From positions 23,023 to 87,022 of the forward strand of contig JBGAIQ010000024.1 of the NCBI GenBank assembly GCA_044225365.1: a DNA stretch of 64,000 bases, in the 5' to 3' direction. Below the pieces are notes generated by a model. That model saw nothing but the letters and a program-made list of their open reading frames with translations. It made no database searches and was not told where the DNA came from. Shown piece by piece: positions 1 through 9,557 of the stretch. The translations under genes and the position numbers were made by a program. The stretch comes from Planctomycetota bacterium (lineage in GTDB: Bacteria > Planctomycetota > B15-G4 > JADJEK01). How positions within the stretch are numbered: the stretch's first letter is position 1; every line of letters begins with the position of its first letter.

Positions 1-38
1 GCGCCTTCTTTTCTGGCTTCGGACATTGGGTTCCCTCC

Positions 39-1043
39 ATGAGCAACGTATCGCCTGGAAATCGCGTCGAAATCTCCGACTTGCTCGAGGCGACCTTTTG
101 GGAAGCCAACAAGTTTCGCATCGCACTCGTCGTCGGCGTGATCGTCGTCGGGATCCTGGGATGGGTTGGTTGGTCGAGTCGAATCGCGGCGACGGAAGCC
201 GCCAGTTGGTCTGCGGTGGTCGACGAGCAATTCCAGCCGCGCCCGAACATCGAGCTGTCCGACTCCCTGAAGAAAAGCGCTGCCGGTCCTTGGGCGCTCT
301 ATCTCGCCGCGCGCAATGCTTTCGAGCAGAACAAGTTGGACGATGCCGAGAGGATCCTGAACGAGTTGAAGGGCGGCTCGGGTTACGCCCAAGTGAATCG
401 CGACCAGCGCGTCGATCGCTTGCTCGAGGACGTGAAGTCCGAAATCAACTTCAAGAAGGCCAACCCGGGCACGAAGGCGTCTACCACGTATCCAGATGGG
501 CGTATCTTGACACTAAAATCCGACGCCGGTGATATCAAGATCGGACTCGCCTCGGACACCTTCCCCACACTCGCTTCGAGGTTCCTGAAGCTGTGCCGGA
601 ACTCGGCGCTCGCCAAGAACGGTTTCGCACAGGCGACTCCCAGCGACAGCCTGGAGGCAACGATTGAGCCTGAAAACGCTGCGGACTGCGATCCTGCCAA
701 CATTTCATGGACGGCAGCAGAGAGCCAACTGGTCCGGACCGGCAAGGCTCTGGCCCATGGCAAGGGTGCGGTGACGATGGAGTTCACTCCGGCCAAGAAG
801 GCGGAAGAGGGCGCGGTCAAGCCAGAAAACGCGGCCGATTCCAAAGGTTCGATCCGCCTCACCATCCAGCTGGGTGAGCGGCCAGCTCGCGGAACTCGTT
901 CAATCGTAGTTGGTTACGTTCAATCGTCGCTGGAGACCCTGATCGAGGTCTCGAAGCGGAAGCAAACGGACGCGGGCAAGATCGACCCACCACTGACGGT
1001 GACAGCTACGGAGGAGGGCGCCGACCTCAAGGCGATTCCGTAA
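39..1043 (+). CDS. Membrane-anchored TPR-like (YfgM-like) protein fused to a degenerate cyclophilin-like domain
   Basis: N-terminal TM (IALVVGVIVVGILGWVGW); helical TPR-like segment (WALYLAARNAFEQNKLDDAERILNEL); C-terminal LTLKSDAGDIKIGL..FPTLASRFLKLC, HGKGAVTM and IVVGYVQSSLETL echo cyclophilin motifs. Confidence 0.55.
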   Translation: MSNVSPGNRVEISDLLEATFWEANKFRIALVVGVIVVGILGWVGWSSRIAATEAASWSAVVDEQFQPRPNIELSDSLKKSAAGPWALYLAARNAFEQNKLDDAERILNELKGGSGYAQVNRDQRVDRLLEDVKSEINFKKANPGTKASTTYPDGRILTLKSDAGDIKIGLASDTFPTLASRFLKLCRNSALAKNGFAQATPSDSLEATIEPENAADCDPANISWTAAESQLVRTGKALAHGKGAVTMEFTPAKKAEEGAVKPENAADSKGSIRLTIQLGERPARGTRSIVVGYVQSSLETLIEVSKRKQTDAGKIDPPLTVTATEEGADLKAIP

Positions 1044-1132
1044 CGGCCGGTCGCCGAACTCGGTCGAGATCTTCTGGGGGCCCGAGGCTGGCGAACTCGC
1101 TTCGCTGCCCACGGGCCCCGATTCGCTCAGGC

Positions 1133-2065
1133 TCATTCCAATTCGAATTCGTTGAACCGACTGCCACTCTGACGAGGGGGGAGCGATGCGTTTTCGAGTT
1201 GCTCCATCAGATGATCGAATTCCCTACGCGAAGCGCAGCGGAACACGATGTCGCCACCTCGGAGGTCCTTCGAATGAACCTCGACGGTCACATTCCACTT
1301 CGCCTTGAGGCGCGATGCGATCTCCTCGCACGCGGCCTCCGTCGCCGAGGGTTCCCGGCGAAGTTCGGTTCGGGTCGTCCCGCCTGACTTTCCAGAGACA
1401 AGCCCACGGACCAGCGCCTCGGTCGCTCGCACGCTCAGCCCATCTCGTATCACCTGAGTGAGGAGAAGATCGAAATCGGGGCGCTTTGCAACCGGTAACA
1501 ATGCACGGCCATGTCCCGCGGAAATGGTTCCACGTGAAACAGCGTCGGCCGCGGCCTCGGGAAGATCGAGTAGGCGCAGCGAATTCGAAACGGTCGATCG
1601 CTCCTTTCCCACTTTCTCCGCCACCTGATCATGGGTCAGACCGAATTCATGCAGGAGTCGGCCGTACGCTTGCGCCTCTTCGATCGCGTTGAGGTTCTCG
1701 CGCTGGATGTTTTCGATCAGCGCGAGAACGAGCTGGTCCGAATGAGGAAGCGCGCGGACGATCGCCGGAATCCGCTCCTTCCCAAGAGCGCGAAAGGCGC
1801 GCAATCGGCGCTCTCCGGCCACCAGAACGTAACCGTCTCCATCGCGGCGCACGACGATCGGCTGGAGCAGCCCATGCGCCGCAATCGAATCCGCCAATTC
1901 GCGGATCGAAGCCTCAATGAACTCCGTCCGGGGCTGATCCGGGTTCGCACGAACGGACGAAACCAGGATCTCGAGGGGAGTTCCCGCCTCGTCGCGCACT
2001 GTGGCGGGCGGCGGCGTACCTCGTCCCATGAGAGCATCGAGACCTCGGGCAAGTCGCTTTTCCAT
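1133..2065 (-). CDS. parB: ParB/Spo0J chromosome partitioning protein
   Basis: N-terminal KRLARGLDALM, NPDQPR, GLLQPIVVR, LVAGERRLRA (GxxRxxA box), LIENIQRENLNAIEEA, HTH GLTHDQVAEKVGKERSTVSNSLRLL. Confidence 0.97.
   Translation of the reverse strand: MEKRLARGLDALMGRGTPPPATVRDEAGTPLEILVSSVRANPDQPRTEFIEASIRELADSIAAHGLLQPIVVRRDGDGYVLVAGERRLRAFRALGKERIPAIVRALPHSDQLVLALIENIQRENLNAIEEAQAYGRLLHEFGLTHDQVAEKVGKERSTVSNSLRLLDLPEAAADAVSRGTISAGHGRALLPVAKRPDFDLLLTQVIRDGLSVRATEALVRGLVSGKSGGTTRTELRREPSATEAACEEIASRLKAKWNVTVEVHSKDLRGGDIVFRCASRREFDHLMEQLENASLPPRQSGSRFNEFELE
1526..1541. promoter_or_regulatory. parS centromere site inside parB
   Basis: GGTTCCACGTGAAACA, one mismatch from the parS consensus TGTTNCACGTGAAACA. 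Confidence 0.8.
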
Positions 2066-2128
2066 GAACGTCGCTCCTCGAGCCCAAACTTCGGCGCGAT
2101 GTGCCGAGCATGGGCAGCGCCGATCCTA

Positions 2129-2164
2129 GCGACTTTCTGGGCGACTCTCCGGGCGACTCTCGGG
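2129..2164. repeat. Three tandem 12-bp repeats upstream of parB
   Basis: GCGACTTTCTGG / GCGACTCTCCGG / GCGACTCTCGGG. Confidence 0.75.
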
Positions 2165-2224
2165 GAAAAAGCAGGGGACCGATCTCGCGGATCGGCTGTC
2201 GCACGAGATGGCAACCGAGCGCGA

Positions 2225-3526
2225 TCAGCCCTTGAGGTAATCGAGTGAACTGGGGAGTTCTTGGACTCCTCGTTCGCCAAGCCCGCTGTCGAAGAGCATT
2301 CGGATGTCCGCCAACGCTCTCGAGTCACCTCGAAAGCCGACCTTGCGGGCGCCTGGTCGATTCCCGATCGCGAGAATCATCTCCATGATCGAACCGGCAT
2401 TGCACGCTTCCCCGTCGATCACCATCTGCACGGGCGTTCCGTAGTGCGTGACGATTCGAACGATCAGCGAGATCGGGCGCGCGTGTAGGGAGTACGCATC
2501 CGGGATTCTGAGCTCAATATCATTCGTTACTACAAACAGCTTCAGTACTTCTTCGGCAAAGACCCGCCCTCGAGCCAAGACAAGCTGGGCGTAATACGAT
2601 GCGAAATTGACGACCCGATCAAGTACAATTGCCTTGTCGATAAGAGACGATATTTTCTGCTTCGCGAGCTCGTAACGCACGTCATTCTCGTGCCTTACGT
2701 AGAAGTGAACCAACTCGGTGCCCATCTCGAGTAGATGGAGGGCGACCGAGGCGTGGCCACGCAATCGCGACAACGCCGGAGTCTTCGACTCGAGACCCGT
2801 TGCCCGCACGAACGTGTCGTACTTCGATTGCACGGAATGCACCTGCGACTCGAACGCTCGCGACTTCTCCTCGTCCAAATGCTTCAAGACGTGGGTCTTG
2901 AGAGCGTCCAGTCCGGTGATCCGGCGGGCCGCGACTCCGGTGAGACGCTCGGCGACGGCGATGTAACGGACCGCGACCTCGGCAATCTTCTGCTCTTCGT
3001 TCTCGACGTCCTCGCCATCCACATTGTGAGGTAGGACGACTCGCGGCCCGGTTTCACTGATCGTCTCATCCGCCAGCGGGTCGATGGCGATCGGGACCGC
3101 GTTCGTCCTGAGTTCCTCGATCACCCCCGTTGCGAGGCGCTCGATCGCTGCGGTCAACACGCGGTCGGTAGCGGCCGTTTCGGCCATGAACTCGGCGCGC
3201 TCCGATTCCGGAAGCTGAACTCGATAACGCGCGAAGCGACTCTCGATGTGCTTCAACGTGATCACGACTTTGCCAAGCCCGCGCAAACACGCAACGAGTT
3301 CGGTCAGGAAGCTGAACCGACGGTTGTTGCGGGCCCCGAAGTCGTCGAGGAACGTTTCCGCCTCATGGGCGACTTCGACCAACTTCGTGTAGTGCCGCTT
3401 GTGCCAATCCCCGATCGGGCGGGCCTTCAAAGAAGAGATCAAGCGCGTGAGCGGCCGGAGGCGTTCGGCCGCGATCGGGCCGAACTCCTGTTCAGGAATG
3501 ATGGACTCGCGGGGTGCTTCGGTCAT
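2225..3526 (-). CDS. Large helical protein with C-terminal HPr (PTS phosphocarrier) domain
   Basis: C-terminal SLHARPISLIV (His15 motif) and NAGSIMEM (Ser46 motif); about 340 aa helical N-terminal region; ATG at 3526 preferred over TTG 3571. Confidence 0.8.
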   Translation of the reverse strand: MTEAPRESIIPEQEFGPIAAERLRPLTRLISSLKARPIGDWHKRHYTKLVEVAHEAETFLDDFGARNNRRFSFLTELVACLRGLGKVVITLKHIESRFARYRVQLPESERAEFMAETAATDRVLTAAIERLATGVIEELRTNAVPIAIDPLADETISETGPRVVLPHNVDGEDVENEEQKIAEVAVRYIAVAERLTGVAARRITGLDALKTHVLKHLDEEKSRAFESQVHSVQSKYDTFVRATGLESKTPALSRLRGHASVALHLLEMGTELVHFYVRHENDVRYELAKQKISSLIDKAIVLDRVVNFASYYAQLVLARGRVFAEEVLKLFVVTNDIELRIPDAYSLHARPISLIVRIVTHYGTPVQMVIDGEACNAGSIMEMILAIGNRPGARKVGFRGDSRALADIRMLFDSGLGERGVQELPSSLDYLKG

Positions 3527-3737
3527 GACGGCGGGAATCCTACTCCGAGTATCGAGAAAACCCCGTGTCAACCTATGCCAACCTCACGAGTTCTCGTCGA
3601 ACTCCATTGCAGAGCGGCGTTCGACTCGCCATTTCGGGCCCGCGCCGGAGCAGTCTCCTCAAGGATCGAATTCGCTTCGGACGACAAAGTGGATACGACT
3701 CCCGAATTCCAACTTCCGGATTGCATGAGGTGCTGCC

Positions 3738-4559
3738 ATCTCTTCCGAAAAGGTCCTCGAAACATACCTGCGCGAAATCAACCGGGTTCCGTTGCTCAAC
3801 GGTGACGAGGAGAAGGCGCTCGCGCGCGAGATCCTCCGCGGCAACGGCGCCGCTCGCGAACGGATGATCCGCGCGAATCTCCGACTCGTGGTGAGCATCG
3901 CAAAGCACTATTCGAATCGGGGCCTGACTCTCCTCGACGTCATCGAAGAAGGAAACGTCGGTCTGTTGCGAGCCGTCGAACGCTTCGATCCCGAGCAAAA
4001 CTGCCGATTCTCCACCTATGCCACATGGTGGATCCGTCAATCGATTCGTCGAGCCATCATCAACTGCGGCAAGACGATTCGAATTCCCTCGTACATGGTC
4101 GAGTTGATCGCGAAATGGAAGAAGGCGAAGATCGAGTTCGAGGACCGCGTAGGTCGAGCTCCGAGCGAGCCGGAACTCAGTCATCAACTGCAGCTGAAAC
4201 CCGAAAGCGTTCGGGCGGTCGAGCGGGCCGAACACTCCGCCGCCGCTTCGCGGCAGTCTTTCAGCATCGAAGACTCTGCGGGCTTCTCCGAGTCGATTCG
4301 CGACGAGAACACCATTGCCCCCGACGAGATCGTTTTGAATCGAGCCGAGCTCACGAAGACTCGTGAGCTACTCGAAATCCTCGACGATCGGGAACGCGAC
4401 ATCCTACGCTTGCGATTCGGCCTCGACGGCTCCGAGCCCCTGACTCTGAAACAGATCGGGGGAAAACTGGGCCTCACGCGCGAGCGCGTGCGACAGATTC
4501 AGAACGAGGCGCTGCGAAAGATGAATGCGACTCTTACCCGCGGAATGCAACGCAGCTGA
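3738..4559 (+). CDS. RNA polymerase sigma-70 factor, RpoD/RpoS-like without region 1.1; probable non-canonical ATC start
   Basis: Region 1.2 [14 protein letters not shown], region 2 [45 protein letters not shown], region 4 [20 protein letters not shown]; in-frame TGA at 3726; SD GAGGTG then ATC at 3738; first canonical start is TTG 3792. Confidence 0.9.
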   Translation: MSSEKVLETYLREINRVPLLNGDEEKALAREILRGNGAARERMIRANLRLVVSIAKHYSNRGLTLLDVIEEGNVGLLRAVERFDPEQNCRFSTYATWWIRQSIRRAIINCGKTIRIPSYMVELIAKWKKAKIEFEDRVGRAPSEPELSHQLQLKPESVRAVERAEHSAAASRQSFSIEDSAGFSESIRDENTIAPDEIVLNRAELTKTRELLEILDDRERDILRLRFGLDGSEPLTLKQIGGKLGLTRERVRQIQNEALRKMNATLTRGMQRS

Positions 4560-5730
4560 TTCAACCGGGGAATCGCTTCCTCCGCGAGCGATCTACGTCC
4601 ACGTCCCTTTCTGTCGCCGCGTTTGCCCGTATTGCGCTTTCGCCGTTCACGCGATCGGCAAACCCGGCCCATCGATCGACGAATACACGACGGCTCTATG
4701 CTCCGAGTTCCGACTGCGTCGGTCCGACTCGAGAATCACGTCGTTGTATTTTGGTGGCGGAACTCCCTCGACCCTTAGTGCTTTGAATATGGCGCGAATC
4801 GTCGCGGCGCTAGGTCACGAATTCGATCTCTCGTCGCTTCGAGAATTCACCGTCGAAGCAAATCCCGAAGACATCGACGCGCGACTTGCTCGCGAGCTCG
4901 TTGCGCTCGGCGTCAATCGTGTGAGCCTCGGCGCGCAGTCGTTCGACGGAAAGAACCTTCGCCTCCTGGGCCGCCGTCACGACAAGCAGCGTTGTCTCGA
5001 TTCCGTCGCGATCCTCCGAGATGCTGGGATCGAGCACTTGAATCTCGATCTCATCATCGGTCTGCCCGGTCAATCCGAAGAGAACCTCCGCAGCGACTTG
5101 AGGAGTCTCGAGAGCATCGCCATCGACCATGTGTCTTGTTACATGCTCTCCTATGAAGCTGGAACCCCCTACGAACGCCAACGAACCAGAGGTTCTCTGC
5201 GCGCGATCGAAGACGATCAAGTCGTCGCTTATTATCGACTCACTCGCGATTTCTTGGGCGCGCAGGGCTTTCAACACTACGAAGTCTCGAACTTCGCGAG
5301 ACCTGGGCATCGCTGCAAGCAGAATGCCGCGTATTGGGCTCGCCGCGGTTACCTGGGATTTGGTCCCTCAGCAGCGAGTTACACGCATGGCGTACGTCGC
5401 AAGAATCATCCCAAACTCTCGGTGTGGTACGCGCACCTACGGGCGGGCCGAGACCCGGCGATCGAGGTCGAGACCTTGACCGATCGCCAGCGGTTCCTCG
5501 AGGCCCTCATGCTGGGATTTCGACGAGCTCGCGGCATCCAGCTCGAACGGCTTCGCGAGGAGTTCGGACCCGACTTGCCACACCTCGCTCGTTCTCGAAT
5601 CGCGGAGTTGGTCGAAGAGAACCTCATCGTATCGTCGGCGGTCTCGCTAAGACCTACGCCGCGTGGCTTCGAACTCGCGGATTCCCTTGCCGAACGGCTT
5701 CTGGACGACCGTGATCCTGATCGTCGATAA
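4525..5730 (+). CDS. hemW: Radical SAM heme chaperone HemW (HemN-like)
   Basis: [17 protein letters not shown] (CxxxCxxC), [34 protein letters not shown]; start uncertain. Confidence 0.88.
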   Translation: MRLLPAECNAADSTGESLPPRAIYVHVPFCRRVCPYCAFAVHAIGKPGPSIDEYTTALCSEFRLRRSDSRITSLYFGGGTPSTLSALNMARIVAALGHEFDLSSLREFTVEANPEDIDARLARELVALGVNRVSLGAQSFDGKNLRLLGRRHDKQRCLDSVAILRDAGIEHLNLDLIIGLPGQSEENLRSDLRSLESIAIDHVSCYMLSYEAGTPYERQRTRGSLRAIEDDQVVAYYRLTRDFLGAQGFQHYEVSNFARPGHRCKQNAAYWARRGYLGFGPSAASYTHGVRRKNHPKLSVWYAHLRAGRDPAIEVETLTDRQRFLEALMLGFRRARGIQLERLREEFGPDLPHLARSRIAELVEENLIVSSAVSLRPTPRGFELADSLAERLLDDRDPDRR

Positions 5731-6313
5731 CCTCGATTCCTTCACCCATAACTTGGCGTACGCCGTACGCCAACTCGGGCGAGTGCCGATCGTCGTTCGC
5801 GCAGATGCTGAGGACGGGTCCTCCGTCTTGGCCGGGCGCGAGATCGACGCCGTCGTCGTTTCCCCCGGCCCGAAGAGCCCAGCGAGATCCCCTGCCGCGG
5901 TGGCTGCGATACGGGCTGCCTACGGAAAGAAGCCACTCCTCGGGATCTGCCTAGGGCACCAGAGTCTCGCGCACGCGTTCGGCGGGCGGATCGGACGAGT
6001 CGCGAATCCCCTCCATGGCAAGGTCTCGCCGATCGAGCACGATGGACGCGGTATCTTCTCCGGAATCGAGAGCCCAACGCTGGTCGCCCGCTACCACTCT
6101 CTCTGCGTCGAGTCCTTGCCGGAGGGTACCGCTCTCGATGTCCTCGCGCGCACCCGCGATGGGGTGATCATGGCCGTGGGTGACCCCGCGGCCTGCGCCT
6201 TCGGACTGCAATTCCATCCCGAGTCGTTTCTCACGCCCTCCGGCCTTGCGATGCTGCGCAACTTCTTTGAAATCGCGGACGCATGGGTACTGTCGCGTTC
6301 TCCGATCGACTGA
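5711..6313 (+). CDS. Anthranilate/aminodeoxychorismate synthase component II (glutamine amidotransferase, TrpG/PabA)
   Basis: [41 protein letters not shown]; GTG start at 5711. Confidence 0.92.
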   Translation: MILIVDNLDSFTHNLAYAVRQLGRVPIVVRADAEDGSSVLAGREIDAVVVSPGPKSPARSPAAVAAIRAAYGKKPLLGICLGHQSLAHAFGGRIGRVANPLHGKVSPIEHDGRGIFSGIESPTLVARYHSLCVESLPEGTALDVLARTRDGVIMAVGDPAACAFGLQFHPESFLTPSGLAMLRNFFEIADAWVLSRSPID

Positions 6314-7215
6314 TTCAGCGTGCCGCGTCGTTGCGTTGTCCGATCGCCGTCGGACTCGACCCGCGGCCTCAACTCTTGCCGCCTGCTCTCCAACGCTCTG
6401 GAAGCGCCTCCCACCGCGCCCTGGCGCGAGCCTACGACACCTTCGCGGAGATCGTCTGCGAAGCCATGGCCGGCATCGTGCCTGTCATCAAGATCCAGAT
6501 CGCCTTCTACGAATCACTCGGGATCCGCGCCGCGCGCACCTACGGCCGAGCGATTCGGATCGCGAAGCAACACGGTTTGCTCGTCATCGGCGACATCAAA
6601 CGCGGGGACGTGGGTTCGACGGCCGAAGCCTACGCCGACGCTCACTTCGGATCGATCGCTGCATCGAACTCCATGGATGCCGATGCAGTCACGTTGAGCC
6701 CGTATCTCGGATTCGATGCGATCGCGCCGTTCATGCCCTTCGTGAAGGACGCGGGAAAGGGCCTCTACCTGCTCGTTCGGACGTCGAACCCTTCCGCGCC
6801 CGATCTGCAAGACGAGATCCTGCGCGATGGGCGACGCCTGTTCGAACACGTCAGCGATACCGTCGCGAAATGGGGGAGTTCAGCGATCGGCGAACGAGGC
6901 TATTCATCGCTCGGTATGGTCGTCGGCGCTACCTACCCCCACGAACTCGAGATGCTGAAGCAACGCCACCCCCACTCGCTCTTCCTCGTTCCTGGATACG
7001 GCGCGCAGGGAGGGACCGCGGAGTCGATCGCCGCCGCGTTCCGTTCCGACTCGTTCGACTTCCTGGTCGCGTCGTCTCGCGAGATCCTGAAGGTCGCCTC
7101 GACTCGCGATTTCTCCCATCGAGAATGCGTGGCGGCGCTTGCCCTCGCCGCGACCTCGATGCGGGACAACATCCTTGCAGCCTTCGCTCGGCTCCACGGA
7201 CGAACCGCGCCATGA
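6283..7215 (+). CDS. pyrF: Orotidine-5'-phosphate decarboxylase (type 2)
   Basis: VGLDP, KIQIAFYE, DIKRGDVGSTAEAYA, TLSPYLG, RTSNP, GMVVGAT, LVPGYGAQGG. Confidence 0.95.
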   Translation: MGTVAFSDRLIQRAASLRCPIAVGLDPRPQLLPPALQRSGSASHRALARAYDTFAEIVCEAMAGIVPVIKIQIAFYESLGIRAARTYGRAIRIAKQHGLLVIGDIKRGDVGSTAEAYADAHFGSIAASNSMDADAVTLSPYLGFDAIAPFMPFVKDAGKGLYLLVRTSNPSAPDLQDEILRDGRRLFEHVSDTVAKWGSSAIGERGYSSLGMVVGATYPHELEMLKQRHPHSLFLVPGYGAQGGTAESIAAAFRSDSFDFLVASSREILKVASTRDFSHRECVAALALAATSMRDNILAAFARLHGRTAP

Positions 7216-8837
7216 CTCCCGAAAACTCGCTGCCCGCGCGACGACTGAAGATTCGTCACGGTCCATCGGGCTCCACCGATGAACTCGTCTCGAAACTGAC
7301 CGGAGGGGATGCCTGGTTGTCGCAGCGGCTATGCGGGAACTTCCGTTCCGAAGCCGATCTCGCCCGAGTCGTCTCCGCGGTCTCCACTGCGCGTTACGAC
7401 CGCGAAGCTCTGACGGACGAACTCACCCGTTTCAATCGCGCATGCGAGAACTCCGAGGCCGCTCTCGCTCGGATCGCCGATCTCCGGGATCCCTCCACCC
7501 TGCTCGTCGTCACGGGGCAGCAACCGGGTTTCTTCGGCGGCCCCCTGCTCTGCGCTCTGAAGGCGGCGACCGCGATCGCGACCGCGCGGGAACTCACCAG
7601 CAAGCTTCAGCGCAGAGTCCATCCGCTCTTCTGGATCGCTTCGGACGATCACGATCTCGACGAAGTCCGAGGGACCGTCGTCCTGGACTCCGACTCCGAG
7701 TATCGCAAGATCCGAGTCGAACTCGAGCCTCGAGGCCGTCCGATCGCGGATGTGTCGATCGATGCAGCGACGGCGACGGCCTTCATGGAAGCGCTGCGGT
7801 TCTCGGGACTGGACGAAATGATCGCGAGTCCCTCCCCATCCGCGCTCGCATTCACTCCGCGACCCGGCGAGAACTGGTCGCTCTGGTTTGCGAGAACACT
7901 CGCCCGACTCTTCGCGCGATCGGGGCTCATCCTATTCGAACCCGCGTCCGCGCCTTCCCTCGCTCGACCATTCCTCGAGGCGCAGCTCGCCGATCCCCTA
8001 GCGGCTCCGCGCGCCTTGCATGCGGGTGCGCGCGATCTCGAGGCGCACGGAATTGCTCCGCCCTTGCCCTTCGAGATTCCCTCGTGTTCGTTCATCACGA
8101 TCGAGAAGAAACGCCAGCGTTTCGATCCGAACCAGGGACATACGCGGGATTCATTCGACGTCACGAGCCGATCGCCGCTCAGCGCCGATGCGGCATTGCG
8201 AACCGTCCTCCAATCTCGAATCCTGCCCGCGATTGCGGTGATCGGCGGGCCCGGTGAGCTGAAGTACTGGTTGCAGCTGAGAGAGTTGTTCGCTCACCAC
8301 GCGACCACGATGCCCATCTTCTTCCCCCGAATCTCCGCAACCTTCGTCACGCCGCAGGTTCGTCGCGCGATGGACCAATTGAACGTTGCGGATCAGGCCT
8401 TTCTCGGGGAGGACGAACTGCTGAGTCTCGTTCGATCGAGAGTCCCCCCTGCTTCGAAGGAGACCTGGCAGGAGCTCGCGACGCAGGCGCTCTCGAGCTT
8501 CGATCGATTCGCGACGAAGATCCGTGAACTCGGCGGCTCCCTTCCAGCGCGCATCGACCAGTCGACCGCAGCGCTCAAATCGTCGATCGAGCGCATCATC
8601 GAGCTTGCCGGGAAGCGGCAACAGGAGGTCGAAGGCGTCTCCGAGAAGAAGGTCCGCTCGATCGCGAGATCGATGCGACCGATGAACAAACCCCAAGACC
8701 GCGTGTTCAGCTCGCTTCCCTTCGCGCTGCGTTTCGGCGACGATCTGTTCGATTCCATCGCCGAGGCCCTCGATCCCTTCGATCCCACCGCTCGAATCGT
8801 CGATCTCGGATTGTCCGACGGATCCGTCCTCCCATGA
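7212..8837 (+). CDS. bshC: Bacillithiol biosynthesis cysteine-adding enzyme BshC
   Basis: VVTGQQPGFFGGPL..LKA, FWIASDDHDLDEV, GGPGELKYWLQL, MPIFFPRISAT, PQDRV; ATGA overlap with pyrF stop. Confidence 0.9.
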   Translation: MTPENSLPARRLKIRHGPSGSTDELVSKLTGGDAWLSQRLCGNFRSEADLARVVSAVSTARYDREALTDELTRFNRACENSEAALARIADLRDPSTLLVVTGQQPGFFGGPLLCALKAATAIATARELTSKLQRRVHPLFWIASDDHDLDEVRGTVVLDSDSEYRKIRVELEPRGRPIADVSIDAATATAFMEALRFSGLDEMIASPSPSALAFTPRPGENWSLWFARTLARLFARSGLILFEPASAPSLARPFLEAQLADPLAAPRALHAGARDLEAHGIAPPLPFEIPSCSFITIEKKRQRFDPNQGHTRDSFDVTSRSPLSADAALRTVLQSRILPAIAVIGGPGELKYWLQLRELFAHHATTMPIFFPRISATFVTPQVRRAMDQLNVADQAFLGEDELLSLVRSRVPPASKETWQELATQALSSFDRFATKIRELGGSLPARIDQSTAALKSSIERIIELAGKRQQEVEGVSEKKVRSIARSMRPMNKPQDRVFSSLPFALRFGDDLFDSIAEALDPFDPTARIVDLGLSDGSVLP

Positions 8838-9553
8838 ATGTCGATGTCCTGGCCTTCTCGGCACACCCCGACGACGCGGAGATCTTCGCGGGCGGAACGC
8901 TCGCGTGGTTCTCGCGCCACGGATACCGGATCGGATTGGTTCATCTCACCCGTGGTGAAGCCGGCACTCGTGGAACGCCCGAACAGCGGCTCGTCGAAGC
9001 CCAAGCAGCCGGGCTTGCTTTGGGGGCATCCCACATCGAGGTCCTCGATTTGGGTGATGGCAGACTCTCCGACTCTTCCATTGTGCGCGAATCGATCGTC
9101 CGGAGTCTGCGTTCGCTTCGCCCAAACGTGATCCTGGCCCCGCTCGATCGTGACGATCATCCCGACCACGCGGCGACCGGCGCTGCCGTCAAGTCCGCTT
9201 GGTATCTGTCTGGAATCCGAAAGTGCGCGCCTGCGGAGCTGGAGTCGCATCGGCCGCAGCATCTTTGGTTCTACCCCTCGCACGAGATCCCGCTGCCGCG
9301 GTTCGTGATCCCGCTCACGGAATCGGACTTCGAGAAAAAGCGCGCGGCGATCCTCGCCTATCGCTCCCAATTCGATGAGACCTACTTGCGAGAACCGCGG
9401 ACCCGAATCTCCGACCCCGCCTTCATGAAGGCTCTCGAGGGTCGCGCGCGGTACTTCGGATCGCTCGTCCAGGCTGCCTTCGGTGAACCGTTCAACACCA
9501 CGGGACCCCTCGCGATCCACGACCCGGCCATGCTGTTCGAAGGCCGGCGGTGA
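8834..9553 (+). CDS. bshB1: Bacillithiol biosynthesis deacetylase BshB1 (PIG-L family)
   Basis: AHPDDAE, LTRGEAGTRGT..R..EA, HPDH, AILAYRSQF, GEPF; lies between bshC and bshA. Confidence 0.9.
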   Translation: MNVDVLAFSAHPDDAEIFAGGTLAWFSRHGYRIGLVHLTRGEAGTRGTPEQRLVEAQAAGLALGASHIEVLDLGDGRLSDSSIVRESIVRSLRSLRPNVILAPLDRDDHPDHAATGAAVKSAWYLSGIRKCAPAELESHRPQHLWFYPSHEIPLPRFVIPLTESDFEKKRAAILAYRSQFDETYLREPRTRISDPAFMKALEGRARYFGSLVQAAFGEPFNTTGPLAIHDPAMLFEGRR

Positions 9554-9557
9554 TCGC

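Noticed and set aside
3537-3571. TTGACA and TAGGAT as one minus-strand promoter
   Set aside because: Spacer is 23 nt, too long for sigma-70
6180-7211. N-terminal 344 aa of the 885-aa ORF
   Set aside because: Arg-rich off-frame read across trpG/pyrF; BshC starts at ATG 7212
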